This document shows, in pieces, positions 1 through 11,978 of a stretch of DNA of 64,000 nucleotides. A program made the translations under genes and the position numbers. Each line of letters begins with the position of its first letter. Position 1 is the first letter of the stretch. This DNA is from Rebecca billardiae RCC1528 (taxonomy: Eukaryota > Protista > Haptophyta), in contig OZ251250.1 in NCBI GenBank assembly GCA_965240325.2, positions 990,766-1,054,765 of the forward strand. The letters run 5' to 3'. The notes beneath the pieces are model-generated. The model did not search any database. It was not told the origin of the DNA and saw only the letters and a program-made list of their open reading frames with translations.

Positions 1-1994
1 GTGCTGCGGCGCTGCGCACCCTTCACGCCGAGCTCCTTGGCGAGCGGGCAGCTCGAGCCGCGCCCCTCACCCTCCGCCGCGCCCGCCGCGCCCTGCGGCA
101 GCAGGCAGCGCACCAGCGCCGCCACCAGGCCGCAGTCAACTGCCGACGAGCCGCCGCCGCCGCCAGCGCCGCCGCCCGCGCCGCCGCCCGCGCCGCCGCC
201 CGCGCCGCCGCCCGCGCCACCGCCCGCGGACGCGGCGTGAACGGGCGGGCGGAGCGCGGCGGCGACGTCCTCGGGGCGTGCGCCCGCGAGCAGCAGCGCC
301 GCGCGCGCCGCCGTGTCCGACGCGTTGCACAGGCACTCCACGCACAGCCCGCTCTCGTCGTCCGCGTACGCCCCGAGCGCGCCGTTCGCCTCCGCCACGT
401 CGCCCTCGTACTCGGCGAGGGCGAGGGCGGCGCCCTGGAGGGGAGGCGCGGCGGCGAGGGCGGCGGCGGAGGTTGCCTCGGAGGCGAAGGCGAGCGCGGG
501 CGAGGAGGGCGGCAGGCCGACCACCGACGACGGCGCGAGCTTCAGCCCGTGCACCGTCGCGCCCGCGCGCGCCATCGCCTCCGCACTCAGCGCCGCGAGC
601 GCGGCGGCCGCGTGCGCGCGCGTCGCGCCGGGCGCGCTCGGCGCCCAGCGGTGCGCGTGCAGGTAGGGTGTGTGCTGCCCGCGCGCCGCGCCGAGCGTCT
701 CGAGCCCGAGCACCGCGCGGAACGGCCGCGCCTCCTCCGAGCCCTCCTCCCCGCCGCCGCGCTGCCTCAGCACCGACTCGAAGGCGCCGGAGGAGCGGCG
801 CGGCGCGGCGCACGGCGGCCGCCACCCGCCGCCCGGCGCGGCGCCGCCGCCTCCGGCACCGCGCGCGTCGCCCTCCGCCGGCGGCGCGGGGCGCTGTGCG
901 CAGCGGAAGGTGGTCATGTCGCGCGCGAGGCGCGTCGAGCCGAGCTGCCCGTACGCCTCGCCGTGGAACAGCGCGAACGCCAGCTGCGAGTGCACGCCGC
1001 CGCCGCCGCCGCCGCCGGCCGCCGCGTCCGCCGCCGGCCGCAGCACCGCCTGGGCCGCCGGCTGGGCGAGTGCAGCGACGGCGCCGACGAGCGCGATCGC
1101 GCCCGAGACGGCGGCCAGCGCGCCCGGCGCCGCGCCCTCGTGGAAGAAGGACGCGGCGTCGAGCGGCGCGGCGAGCAGCACCAGCGGCGCCGCCGGGCGC
1201 GCGCGGCCCGCGCCGCCGCCCGCGCCGCCGCCGCCGCCCGCGCCGGCGGCGGCATCGGCGGGCTCGGAGGCGGCGGCCGAGGGCTCGGGCGGGAGCAGCC
1301 CCCAGACCGACTGGCCGCCGAGCGGCTCGCACGTGCCGGCGGGCAGGCACTCGGCGGCGGAGCCGCGCGCGCGCATCGCGTACCGCAGCTCGACGAGCGG
1401 CGCGTGCGCGAGCGGCACCGAGCCGGCGCGCGCGGGCGCGGCCGCGCCGCCGCGGCCGCGCCGCGCGGCCGCGGCCGCGAGCGCGCGCACGTGCGCCGTG
1501 TCTGCCGGGCTGAGCAGCACGATGGGGAAGCGGAACTCGCGCTCGACGAGGGCGTCGCCCGACGGGTTCCACGCGTGCCCGCGCGCGTCCACCGCCGCCG
1601 ACGCGTGCGAGCTCACGAACGGCCGCTGCTCGGCGGAGGCGCCCTCCGGCGGCGCGTCGCGCGCTACCAGCACCGCCGCCAGCCGCTCGGCGAGCGCGGC
1701 GCTGAGCTTGTCGAGGGTGCTGGCGGAGAAGGCGCGCGCGGGGAGGAGGAGTGCGCGCGGCTCGCCCCACCCGTGCGCCGCGCGCGCCAGCGCCGCCAGC
1801 TCGCCGTCCGCCAGCTCGGCGCCGACGTCGGCTGCGAGCACGTGCAGCGGCGCGCGCACGCCGCCGTGCGGCGTGGCGCAGCCGACCTGCGCGGTGGAGT
1901 TGAGCAGGCGGACGCACGGCGTGGCGTCGAGCACGCGCGACGGTGCCGCGCCGAGCGCCGCGCCCAGCAGCGCGAGCCCGAGCGCGCCCGCCAT
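1..1994 (-). CDS. NCSTN: Nicastrin (gamma-secretase subunit); 3' end runs off the window
   Basis: Own translation; absent from the ORF track because no stop lies in the window. ATG 1994, signal peptide MAGALGLALLGAALG, then PCVRLLNSTAQVGCA, TCEPLGGQSVW, LDAASFF and FALFHGEAYGQLGSTRL, matching nicastrin motifs PCVRLLN..QIGC, CLPLGGYSVW, LDSRSFF and the GE..DYIGS region. Confidence 0.9.
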   Translation of the reverse strand, partial: MAGALGLALLGAALGAAPSRVLDATPCVRLLNSTAQVGCATPHGGVRAPLHVLAADVGAELADGELAALARAAHGWGEPRALLLPARAFSASTLDKLSAALAERLAAVLVARDAPPEGASAEQRPFVSSHASAAVDARGHAWNPSGDALVEREFRFPIVLLSPADTAHVRALAAAAARRGRGGAAAPARAGSVPLAHAPLVELRYAMRARGSAAECLPAGTCEPLGGQSVWGLLPPEPSAAASEPADAAAGAGGGGGAGGGAGRARPAAPLVLLAAPLDAASFFHEGAAPGALAAVSGAIALVGAVAALAQPAAQAVLRPAADAAAGGGGGGGVHSQLAFALFHGEAYGQLGSTRLARDMTTFRCAQRPAPPAEGDARGAGGGGAAPGGGWRPPCAAPRRSSGAFESVLRQRGGGEEGSEEARPFRAVLGLETLGAARGQHTPYLHAHRWAPSAPGATRAHAAAALAALSAEAMARAGATVHGLKLAPSSVVGLPPSSPALAFASEATSAAALAAAPPLQGAALALAEYEGDVAEANGALGAYADDESGLCVECLCNASDTAARAALLLAGARPEDVAAALRPPVHAASAGGGAGGGAGGGAGGGAGGGAGGGGGSSAVDCGLVAALVRCLLPQGAAGAAEGEGRGSSCPLAKELGVKGAQRRS

Positions 1995-2304
1995 CGCGAG
2001 GTGCCGCGCGCGGGGCGGCCGAGCGGGGCAGCGAGCGAGGGGGGCGGCGGCCCTCGTCGCGCGCGCTGATTTGGGCCCGCGCCGCCATTTTCAATTTTCA
2101 AAGGGTCAAATAAACTCATCGTCATCAATAAAGAATCATTTTGATGACGACCATGATTTTCTCGCGCGCGCTGCCGTCATGCCGTGCTCGGTGAGCCTGC
2201 GCGCCGCGGCCCTCGAGCCTGCCTCGACGGCTCAAGCTACATGCAGCGTGAGCGGCGGCGCAGCTGCAACGCTCGCGCTCCGCCCGCACGCCCGAGCCAA
2301 CCGC

Positions 2305-3523
2305 TCAGAGCGCCTTGTCGCGGTACGCGCCGCCGCCCACCACCGGCGAGCCCAGCCCGCCGCCCGCCGCCGCCGCGTACGCGCCGCCGCCCCCGTGGCC
2401 GTGCCTCTCGTTGGCGAGCGCGTGCACGCCCAGCATGCCCATCGACAGCAGCGCGGAGGAGAGGAAGAGCGCGTCGAAGGCGCGGTGGTAGAAGGTGAAG
2501 TCGAGGCCCTCGCCCAGCGCCTGCGTGAGCAGCGCGCGGTACCGCGCCGGCAGCGCCATCCGCAGCAGCAGCGCCGACGCGATGAAGTACGCCCCCATCA
2601 ACCAGGCCGTGCCCAGCGCCAACTGCTGCGCCCACAGCGCGCCGCCGCCGCGCCCCGCAAACGCGCGCCGCAGCTGCTGCAGGAAGGAGCGCGTGGAGGA
2701 GACCATCAGCACCGTGACGAAGAGGAAGGAGAGCGCCTGCGACAGCCCGTCGTCCGCGCGCGCGCCCGCGCCCGCCGCGCCCGCCGAGCCACCGGCGGCG
2801 TCGGTGGCGCTCGGCTCGGCGCCGGCAGCGGCGGTGGCAGCCGCCGCGACGCCCGCCGCCGCCTCGGCCGCCGCCTCGAGCGCCGCCACCGCCGCCGCGC
2901 CGCCGCCCTGCACGGCTGCACTGCCCACGCCGCCGCCGCCGCCGGCGGCGGCGGCGGCGGCGGCGCCGCGGCCCAGCCCTCCCCCCAGCCTCCCCCTCAG
3001 CTCCGAGATGCGCGTCACCGCGTCCACGCCGGGCGCGCTCCGCCGCCACACGCCCAGCGCCGCGCGGCCCACGCGCACGGCGCACACCGCGGAGAATGCG
3101 TAGCTGAAGACCGCCATCGTGCGGCCGGCGGCGCTGTGCTGGAAGACGAGGCGCGCGGCCTCGGTGCGCACCTCGGCGAGGTCGGCGAACAGCGCGGCCG
3201 CCATCTCCGACAGCGTCGCGGCGTCCGCCTCCGCCGCGCCGATCCGCGCGTCGAGCGCACGCAGCGCGGCCGAGGGCGGCGCGCGCCGGCCTCCGCCTCG
3301 GCCGCCGTCCGCCGCGGCGCGCGCGCCGAGCCAGCGCAGCGCGCGCTCCGCCCACCGCCATCCGCCGCCGGCCTCGGCGGCCTCGGCGGCCTCGGCGCGC
3401 TTGGCGCCGCCAGCGCCAACCGGCGAGGCGGCCGCCGCCAGCTCCTCCCGCCGTGCGCGCGCGCGCGCCGCAGCGGCGGCGGCGGCGGCGTCGGCGTGCG
3501 CGATCGTCGCGGCCGCGTGCCGC

Positions 3524-3554
<31 letters not shown>

Positions 3555-4825
3555 TGTTGGCCGCTGCCGCGCCCGAGCCGCCGCCGTCGCGCGCGGCCTG
3601 CCGCCGCCGCTGCGCGCGCAGCACCGCCAGCTGCCTCCGCCTCGCCGCCGTCGACTCGACCGCCTGCAGCAGCCTGCGCTCCAGCGTGCACACCTCGTGC
3701 CTGCGGGCAGGGCGCCGTGCGCGCGTGTGTGCGCGCAGCGCGGCGGGCGCGGCGGCGGCGGGCGGCGCGCAGCGGCGGCGGGCCGCAGGCCGCGAGCGGG
3801 GGCGGGCGCGCGCGCGTGAGCGGGCGGCGGGCGGGCGTCTCACGCGCGCGCGCGCCGCGCCGCGCTCGCTCGCGCGCGCTGCACATCCGCGCGCACGCGC
3901 ACGCGTGCGGCTGTGCGCGCTGCACGGGCGCGCCGGACTCCCCCGGACCCGCCCGGACTGCCCCGGACGGGCGGGCGCGCCGGACGCACCAGCCGACTGG
4001 CCTGAGGCCGCGCCGCAGAGCCGTGTACACCCACTGCGCGCTGCCGTAGCCGGCGAGGAGGGCGACGACGGAGACGCCGATCACGCCGATCAGCGCGGTG
4101 GCGCGGTGCTGCACCGCGCCCAGGCTCACGCCGCCCGCCGCCGCCCACGCCGCGGCGCGCTCCGCGCCCGAGGCGGCGGCGGCGGCTGCGGCGGCCGGCG
4201 GCGCAACCGGCGGCGCGGCCGCGCCCGGCGGCGCGTCCACTGCGGCGTCCACTGTGGCGTCCACTGTGGCGTCCACTGTCAGCCGCGCGCCGGCGGTGGC
4301 GAGGGCGATGGCACAGAGCGCGCTCGTGTGCAGCACGAGCGCGGCGAGCGCGGAGACCACGCCCCGCCGCGCCGTGATCCGCAGCGAGTCGTACAGCCAC
4401 AGGTGCAGCTGGTACGTCGGCAGCGCACCGCCCAGCACGCACAGAAGCAGCCGCACGTGAGCGCGCAGGCAGGCGAGCCGGGACGGGCGCGCGAGCAGGT
4501 CGAGCACCTCGAGCACGACGAGGTGGAGCATGCCGAGCGAGAGCGCCAGCGTCAGCGCGAACGCGCCCTGCACCGCCTTGCGCTTCACCTGCGGGTGTGC
4601 GCCGCGGGCGTGCGCGCGGCGGCACGTTGGCGCCGGCGCGCGCGCCGCGCACGTCGGCGCCGGCGCGCGCGCGCGGCGGCGTGGCCAGCGGCGGCGGCGC
4701 GCGCGCACCTCGTAGTCGCGGAAGAGGCTCAGCCGGAAGAAGTGCCACCCGCCGGCGAAGAACAAGCAGTCCACCGCCGCGACGAGCGCACAGTCCCACG
4801 CGCGCACGCCGGTGGCAGCCGCCAT
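2305..4825 (-). CDS. GPR89: GPR89/Golgi pH regulator (GTG-type) multi-TM protein, 3 exons
   Basis: LFFAGGWHFFRLSLFRDYEV, IGVIGVSVVALLAGYGS, DAVTR, LSQALSFLFVTVLMVSSTRSFL, LMGAYFIASALLLRMALPARYR, FTFYHRAFDALFLSSALLS. Predicted GT-AG introns at about 4708-4589 and about 3990-3701. Confidence 0.92.
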
Positions 4826-5058
4826 CGTGAGAGCCGAGTGCCGCCGCTCGCAAGCTGCAGCCCCGCCCAGCTGGACCGGGAGCGCTGGGGGAGGCCGCTC
4901 AGCAGACCTGGATGCACAGCTGTGGAGCACAGACGCTGCAGCGCCGGATTTCTGGGCCGGGCGTGCGCCGGACAGGGCTGTTTTGCCGTTGGCCTCTTTC
5001 CAACTCCCGTTTGACCGCCGTCGCAACACCGCGCGCGACGAAGCCCCCGGCGCTCGCG

Positions 5059-7325
5059 ATGATGGACTCGGCGCTGCCGCTGGACGACGAGCTGTTCGTG
5101 CCCGTGCGCGTGCTCAGCGCGCAGATCCAAGCGCTCGAGCGCGGCGTCGCCGCGCTGCGCGCGCGCAGCCCGCGCCGCGCCTCGCCCTCGCCCTCGCCCT
5201 CGCCCTCGTCCGCCCGCTCCGCGCACTCCGCCCTCTCGACGCCGCCCGCGCCGGGCACGCTGCGCCGCGCGGGCGGCGCGGCGCACGACGAGGCGTGGGA
5301 GGAGCTCGTCCTCTCGCGCGTGCGCACGCTCCTCCGCCGGCGCCAGGCCACCGCCTCGCGAGCTGACGGCCGAGATTCAATCTCGACCGCCGACCATGGC
5401 CGAGATGCAATCTCCAAGATCGACCGCTACCTCGCGCAGGTGCGGCTCACGAGCGGCTCCTACTCGGCTGGCGCGCACTTGCCGCGCGAGCCCTCCGCGG
5501 GCTCGTCGCCGACGGACTCGGCGGCGAGCAGCTCGCTGGCCGGCGCGTCGGCGCAAGCGCCCTCGGCGCCCGCGACCGCCGCGCGCGCCGCGCCGCGCGC
5601 GCCGCCGACGAGCCCGCCGGCCGACTCGGCCGCAGCCGCCGCGCATGCCGCCGACGGCGCGCCCGGTGAGACCGCGCTCGAGCGCTCGCCCGGCCTCGAC
5701 CGCCTCCTCTCGCGCATCTGCGACGGCCCGGCCTCCGCGCCGCCGCGCGCCGGCTGCCCCGTCCGCGCACCAGCGCCGAGCACAGAAGCGGCCGCAGCGG
5801 GCGCGCGCCGCGCGGACGGCGTTGGCAGCGCGGCTGCTGCCGCCGGTGGCGCGCGCAGCCCGCGGGCACAGCCGGCGCGTGACGAGGCCGGCGTCACACC
5901 GCGCTCAGCGCCGCGCGCGCTCGGCGGCGCGCCGCAGCTGCGCGTCGAGCCCGCCTCGCCGCCGCGCGCGTCGCCTGCTCCAGCCCGCGCGGTGCGGTGC
6001 GCGCCCGGCCTGGGCCTCGGCCTCAGCCCCTCGCCCGCGCCGCCGTCGGCCGAGCGTGCCGACGCCGAGCGCGCGGCCGGCGCGCGCGCTGCGCGGCCCG
6101 CGGCGGCGGTCTCGCCGGCGGTCGTCGTCGCGCTGGGCGCGCGGCTCGAGGCGGCCCGCGCCGAGCTGGACGCGGCGCAGCCCGCGCCGCCCGCGCCGCC
6201 CGCGCCGCCCGCGCCGCCCGCGCCGCCGGGCGCCGCCGCGGTCGCGCCGCGCGTCGTCCGGGCACTGGGCTCTCGGCTCGAGGCGGTCCGGGCCGAGCTG
6301 GAGGGCGCGGCGGGGGAGGGGGCGGGCGGGGAGGTAGCCGTGGGCGTGGGCGCGCTGGGAGGCGCCGTCGGCGTGCCGACTGCCTGGGGGGAGGCCGAGC
6401 CGGCGGCCGAGCGGCGGTGGCGCTCCGCTGAGCCCCAGTGCACGGCGGGCGCGCTGCCGCCGACGCAGCAGCGTGCCGCCACCGGTGCCAAGCCAGCCGC
6501 CAGCCCGGCCGGTGTGGGCGCACACGGCGCCGACTCTCAGCCGGCGCGTGCGCTGGGCGTGCTCACCGCCGCGCGCGCGCAGCGCCAGCCGCCGCCGCCG
6601 CCGCCGCGCCCGCCGTCGCGCCAGCCGCCGCGCCAGCCGCCGCCCCAGCCGCCCCCGGCATGCGCTCGTGGCGAGCCGGCCAGCCCGCGCGCGCCCGTGG
6701 CAGCGGCGGGCAGCGGCGCGGCCTGCGCTCCAGCGAGCCCGGCGGCGCGCTCGCCGCCCGGCGCACTGGCAGCAGCGCCTGCCGCCGCGCCGCCCGGCGC
6801 CGATCCTGCCGAGTGCGCCAGCAGCAACCTGCTGTGGGGGCTGTGCGCGCCACGCGCGCGCCTGCGCCATGCGCGCCTGCGCCCGGCGCGACGCGCTCCG
6901 CCGCCTCCCGCGCGCGCCAGGCCTCGGCTCCGGCGTGGCGCGCCCAGGGGCCTCACGCGCCGCCTTGCGACGCCGCGCCCCCGCGTGGCCCCGCGCGCCC
7001 GCCGCCCCGACCCCGCGCCCGTGCGCACAGGAGCCCGATCCCCTCCGGAGCGCACAGCAGCGCGGTCTCAGCCGCGGCCTCGCCGCTGGGGCCGCCCGCA
7101 CACGGGGGCGCGGCCGCGCACCGCGTCTCGCCCGCACGCCCGGAGCGGGGGTCCGCTGGCGACGTGGCGGGGCGCAGCGGGGCCGAGGGTGGCGCGCGGC
7201 GCGCGGCCGCGGGCTCGGCCGCGCGCGACGCGCGCGGTGGCCGCAGGTGGGCGCAGCAGCTGCAGCCCAGCGCAGCCACGCCACCCGCGCATTCTGCCGC
7301 CGCGCGCGCGCGCCCGCCGGCGGCC

Positions 7326-7360
<35 letters not shown>

Positions 7361-8033
7361 CACCTCCGCATCGCCCGCCGGATCCGCGGCTGGCGGCGCG
7401 CGGCCGGCACACTCAGGCGTGGGCGCGCCCTCTGCCGCGCGCGCCGCCCGGCCCTCGCCCTCAACCTCGCCTGGCGCGCGCGCGCCGCCCGCTCGCGGCG
7501 CGCAGCCGCAGCGGCCGGCAGCTGCCGCGAGTGCGCGCGCGCGCGCGGCGCGTGCCACCGGCTCGCCGCACTCGGCCGCGCGCCAGCGCCCCTCTCCGCC
7601 GCCCGCGCTCGTGCCGGCTGCCGCCACCGGCCCGCCCACGCGCGTGCCGCCGCGCGCCGTCCCCGCCGCCGTGCTCGGCGCAGTGGCGGGCGCGCTGCAC
7701 CGCATCGATCGCGCGAGCGCCGCCCCGGGCGGCCCTGCGGCCGCGGACGAGGGCGGGGGCGCTGGCGGCTACTGGGCGGCGTGGGCGGCCGAGCTGGGGG
7801 CGGCCGGGGCGCAGCCGCCGCGATCCGAGCCACGTGCAGGCGCGTCCGAGGGCGCGCCTCCGGTGCCGTCAGACGAGCAGGGCGGCGGCGCAGCCAGTGC
7901 CGCGCCAGCCGAGGGCGCTGTGCCCGCGCCGATTGACGCGCCCTTGGCGCAGGCGCCGCAGGCAGCGCAGCGGCCGTCACGTCGGCGCGCGCTCTTTCCT
8001 GCCGAGCAGGGCCGCGGCGGGCGTGCCACCTGA
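5059..8033 (+). CDS. Hypothetical Ala/Pro/Ser-rich, largely disordered protein (probable intron about 6843-7030)
   Basis: GC3-biased coding frame starting MMDSALPLDDELF. Short helical islands and internal duplications (ADGRDSIST/ADHGRDAISK; VVALGARLEAARAEL/VRALGSRLEAVRAEL). The coding frame switches across a GTGCGC...CAG segment. Confidence 0.6.
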
Positions 8034-8349
8034 CAAGCGCTGCGCAGCCTCATAGTTGTGAGTTGGCCGCCGCCGACACGTGGCGGTGGCCATGCCGGTT
8101 ACTCGCCCGCCGTCCGCGCTGACGCCGCCGCGCGGCGCGGCACTCACTGCACTGCTGGCGGTGATGAGTGCTGCTCGAGTCGGCATCGTCGCCCTTGGCG
8201 CCGCGTTCGTCAATGACGTAGTCTAAGTCATGGATCACACTACTACTGTGCCACAGCTTCGGGCCAGTACCGCACGTCGCCAATGACGAGGGCGATAATG
8301 TCATCATTGCATGATCGTACTTCATCGATAATTCGATATATATATAAAC

Positions 8350-9570
8350 TGTGCCCTGGCGGGCGGGGGGGTCGGCGGGCCGTGCCAGTGCTGTCGCAAT
8401 GTATAGTATGCGCATCAGCGAGGCCCATACCCACGAGGTAATGTGCAGCACGCGGGGCGGGGCGGGTAGCCCGTTGCTCCGCGCGAGCGCGGGTACGCGC
8501 TGTATGTGCCGCATGTCGACCGCGATGGCGTAATCGAGCGCCTCGCCGCCGACGAAGCCGCCAGAGTAGATGGCATCATGTGCATGTCCTCCTGCCGCCA
8601 GCTGAGAGCGGTCGTCGCGAGGATGCTTGCCGATGTCCGCTCCAGGAGAGTGGGCAAGCGCTGCTCACGCGGGCACACGAATCGCAGCGCATCCGTCACC
8701 GGCGTGACGACTTCCGCCTCGTCCCGCAGCGCCTGCGCCATGGACGAGGATGGCGCGGCGATGTTGCATGCTCGACGTTTCATCTCTCTGCGGATGGCAT
8801 CACGGGCTTGTCTGTGTCGCGCTGCGGCGAGGGTCGCCAACTCGCGATGACGCGGTTGCTGCCACGGCGACAGACCCGGGAGGTGCGTCCGCTGCGCGTC
8901 GTACGCCGTTGGCGCTGCGCTTCCGTCGCATTGGTCACCGTCGACGCCATGCAGGCCGGACGTGGGCTTCGGCTGAGGGACCGGACCGCGAGCAATGACT
9001 GAGTCCGGTGCGCGGATTCCGGCGATCGAGTTCAGAAGGCCGCGCCAAATCTTGCGTCGCGTGCGATGGCGCTTCCCGCCCGCGAGACGCCTCGTGATGA
9101 GGGCTTTCTCGCACCGAGCCCGACGCGCGACGGTGGATCGCGCGAGGCGGTCATCGTGCGCAGCGCATGATGCTATGGCCGGTGCGAGCTTTCGACGTGC
9201 ACGTCGGGCGAGGATCGCCCCAGGTCGCACGATCGTGTCGACGCGCCGAGCGTACCGCTCCAAACGCGTCGATTTAGCCCCCGTTCGACCTGCACGCGAG
9301 ACGACGAGGGCAGCAATCGCGAATCGGGCGAAAACCCCCCTCGGGAGTCTTCTCACGATGTCCGCGCCGGCGTTGGATTCGGCGCGCGCCGCCCATGCGC
9401 TCCGCGCCATGCGTCTGTTGTTTTCGGCCGAGCGTCCCCAGTGGGAGCTGCGAGGGCGCCCGGTAGTGAGCGAGGCGATTTTCTTTTCTTGGCGAGGCGA
9501 TTTTATTTTTTATTTTCTTTTTCTTATCTTTTTCCCGGGCACTACAAGGGGCGGACCTACGGCCCGCCAT
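8350..9570 (-). mobile_element. Truncated end of a TIR DNA transposon (longer relative of the MITE at 15001-15381)
   Basis: 9296-9570 is an inverted, diverged copy of 15001-15280, including the terminal sequence ATGGCGGGCCGTAGGTCCGCC. The interior has lower GC and stops at a (TA)n run near 8340. The left boundary is approximate. Confidence 0.65.
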
Positions 9571-10114
9571 ATATTAACGACGTGGTATGCAACGGGCAAG
9601 CGTCAGAGTAAGCAAGCTGTAGCAGCAGATCGAGCAGCAGAGACAAACACCAGGATCAGCGCTCCTCGCCGTCGTCCCCCCCCTCCCCCCCCTCGTAGCC
9701 GCCCATCACTCCATCGCCGAGCGGAAGCTCGACGCACCGTCTGGCGTCGACGCGCGCGCGCCACCGGCACCGCGGTGGTCGCGGTGCCACGCGTCTGTCA
9801 AGCCGTCGTCTCGAAGTAGTCGTCGTACGCAGCGCCCCCGCGGGCGCGTGCCCCCGGGCGCACGTGCGCCATGCGCGCGCGGGCGATGGGCATCTTGGCC
9901 TGGCCACGCAGGCAGCGCATGCCCAGCTCGCGCCGCATGGTGCCGAGCAGCGCGCCGGCTCGGCGGCGGGGCGCGAGGGCGCGCCTGAGGCGCCGGCGCG
10001 CCACGTGTCCCGCCCCATCAGCTTGGCGATCTTCTTGAGGGTGAGGTCGGCCACCTCCGCGCTCCACTCGCCGAACGCCCCCACGACAATCGGGACGATC
10101 GCGGGGAAGGTGTC
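9571..10114 (-). mobile_element. 5'-truncated copy of the RLE non-LTR retrotransposon
   Basis: Near-identical to 15612-16129 (DTFPAIVPIVVGAFGEWSAEV plus 3'UTR), with small frameshifting indels. Confidence 0.9.
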
Positions 10115-10157
10115 CATTTATTATATTGATACCGGATGAACTCTCAGCTGCTGCTAT

Positions 10158-10353
10158 TATATTAACGACGTGGTATGCAACGGGCAGGCGTCAGAGTCAG
10201 CAAGCTGTAGCAGCAGATCGAGCAGCAGTAGTATTATTTTTAATAATAATAATATATAATATATATATTATATATATATAACAATCCAGCAGGAGCCAGG
10301 ATCAGCGCTCTTCGACGTCGCCCATCACTCCATCGCCGAGCGGAAGCTCGACG
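10158..10353 (-). mobile_element. Short 3' fragment of the same retrotransposon, interrupted by an AT-rich microsatellite (about 10229-10295)
   Basis: TATATTAACGACGTGGTATGCAACGGGCAGGCGTCAGAG... to 10228, resuming at CCAGGATCAGCGCTC...GGAAGCTCGACG. Confidence 0.85.
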
Positions 10354-10614
10354 ATATGTAATGCTGCTGGCGGCCCGCGCGTCACGGCTCGCCCGGCCGC
10401 GCCGGCCACACGGAATTCCCACTCATGGCGCACGGGCCGACCTGGCTGGCGGTGAACAGCACCGCAGGGCCGCCGGGCGGCGTCTGCGTCGTGAGCACCT
10501 TCAGCACGGCGCCGGTGGACAGGGTAGACACCGTCATCGTTCGTCGCCGTTCGATCCCTTCGTAGTTCGGCGCGCGGCTGAATCGGCTGAAGCGACGGCG
10601 TCTGAAGCGGTTGC

Positions 10615-11042
10615 TTAAGGTGCTGTGATGATGGAGGGTCCAGTTGGGCCCTCGCCCGCGTGGCCCAAGTTGCTGCGATCCCCGACGTCGCCGTGCCAGT
10701 CGTAGCGACGGCGCTGCGCGAGTCGCGATCGCGAGCGCGCGCGCGCGGGGCGAAGCGTGCGTGAGTGGCTGTGCCCGGCCCGACGGCGGCAAGCGGCATG
10801 GCCGCCGCAGGACAGGAGCCAGCCGGCGGACGGCCCGGGACGCGCGGACGGCGCGGCACGGCGACGCGGGCGCGCACCCAGACTTTGCAGAGCATGCGGT
10901 TGCACTTTGGTGGCGAGGGCGGCGGCGGCGGCGAAGGCGGCGGCGAGGGCGGTGGCGAGGGTGGCGGGGGCGGCGGGCTCTTCGTCGAAGGTGGCGGCGG
11001 CGAGGGCGGCGGCAAGGGCGAGGGGCTCGGCGGCGGCGGGCT

Positions 11043-11076
<34 letters not shown>

Positions 11077-11090
11077 GGCGGCGGCGGGCT

Positions 11091-11124
<34 letters not shown>

Positions 11125-11978
11125 GGCGGCGGCGAGGGCGGCGGCGTGGGCGGCGGCGATGGGGCCCTCTGCAAGCACTGCTTGTTGGGGTCCGAATCAG
11201 ACCAGGCCACCTGCTGCCAGCGCGAGCACTTGGAGAGTTTCGTATTCGACTGTATCGAGCAGCAGAGGGAGAAGACGCGCTGGTTGTCCGTCTCGCCCGT
11301 GCCGCCCGACTCCGTGTCGAGGTCGCTCGAATCGATGCGGATCCAGATGACTTCGCCCGGATCGGCCCGGAGCTGGCCGTATCCGCCCCACTCACTCCGC
11401 TGGTTGTCGACGACCAGCTGGCAGTACAAGAAGTCATTGGGGTTGTAGCGGTCCGCAGAGCCGCTGGTGAGCGCGTCCTGGATGATGGTACCCCCATTCG
11501 CGGTGCAGGTGGACTCGCGCCACATGCCGAGATCCTCCCTCTCGTTGTCGAAATCTGCGCGTGGCGTGCGGCGGCAGGTGCGGAGGCCGGCGCGCGAGTG
11601 AGGCCGCGCACGCCGACCGGCGCGGCGGCGTCGCGCCTCGCGCCGTCGCGCGCCGTGCCTCGAGAGCGCCGCTCGCGCGCGCAGGATGGCCGAGAGGCGG
11701 CGCACGCACGCCGAGCCGCGCGACGCACCGAGAGCCTCATCGGCCGTGGAGATGGCGACGAAGACTTGCTGCGGCAGATCGTTGGTGAACTTGAAGTAGT
11801 TCGAGCCACCCGGACCGGGTTCGAAGAAGATGGCCGTGCCTTCGGTGCCACCAGCCGTCGCCCCGCAGTCGACCTCCATCACGGAGGCGCCGGCGGGGGG
11901 GTCGCAACCCTGCCCGTGCGCCACCGCGAGGCACGCGGCCAGCACGCCCAGCACGCAGAGTGCCTTGCTCGCCCCCAT
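10615..11978 (-). CDS. Secreted Cys-rich domain plus SPn (extensin/HRGP-like) stalk protein; paralog A
   Basis: Signal peptide MGASKALCVLGVLAACLAVAHG, a globular domain, then about 85 aa of SPPPP repeats. Predicted introns 11728-11555 and 10877-10714. The last exon is less certain. Confidence 0.8.

Noticed and set aside
670-3819. 1049-aa plus-strand ORF and the many other long Arg/Ala/Pro ORFs (e.g. the N-terminal part of 24255-27956, 31340-33220, 46169-48961)
   Set aside because: Antisense or shifted shadows of real genes; stop codons are rare at this GC content and no motifs are present.
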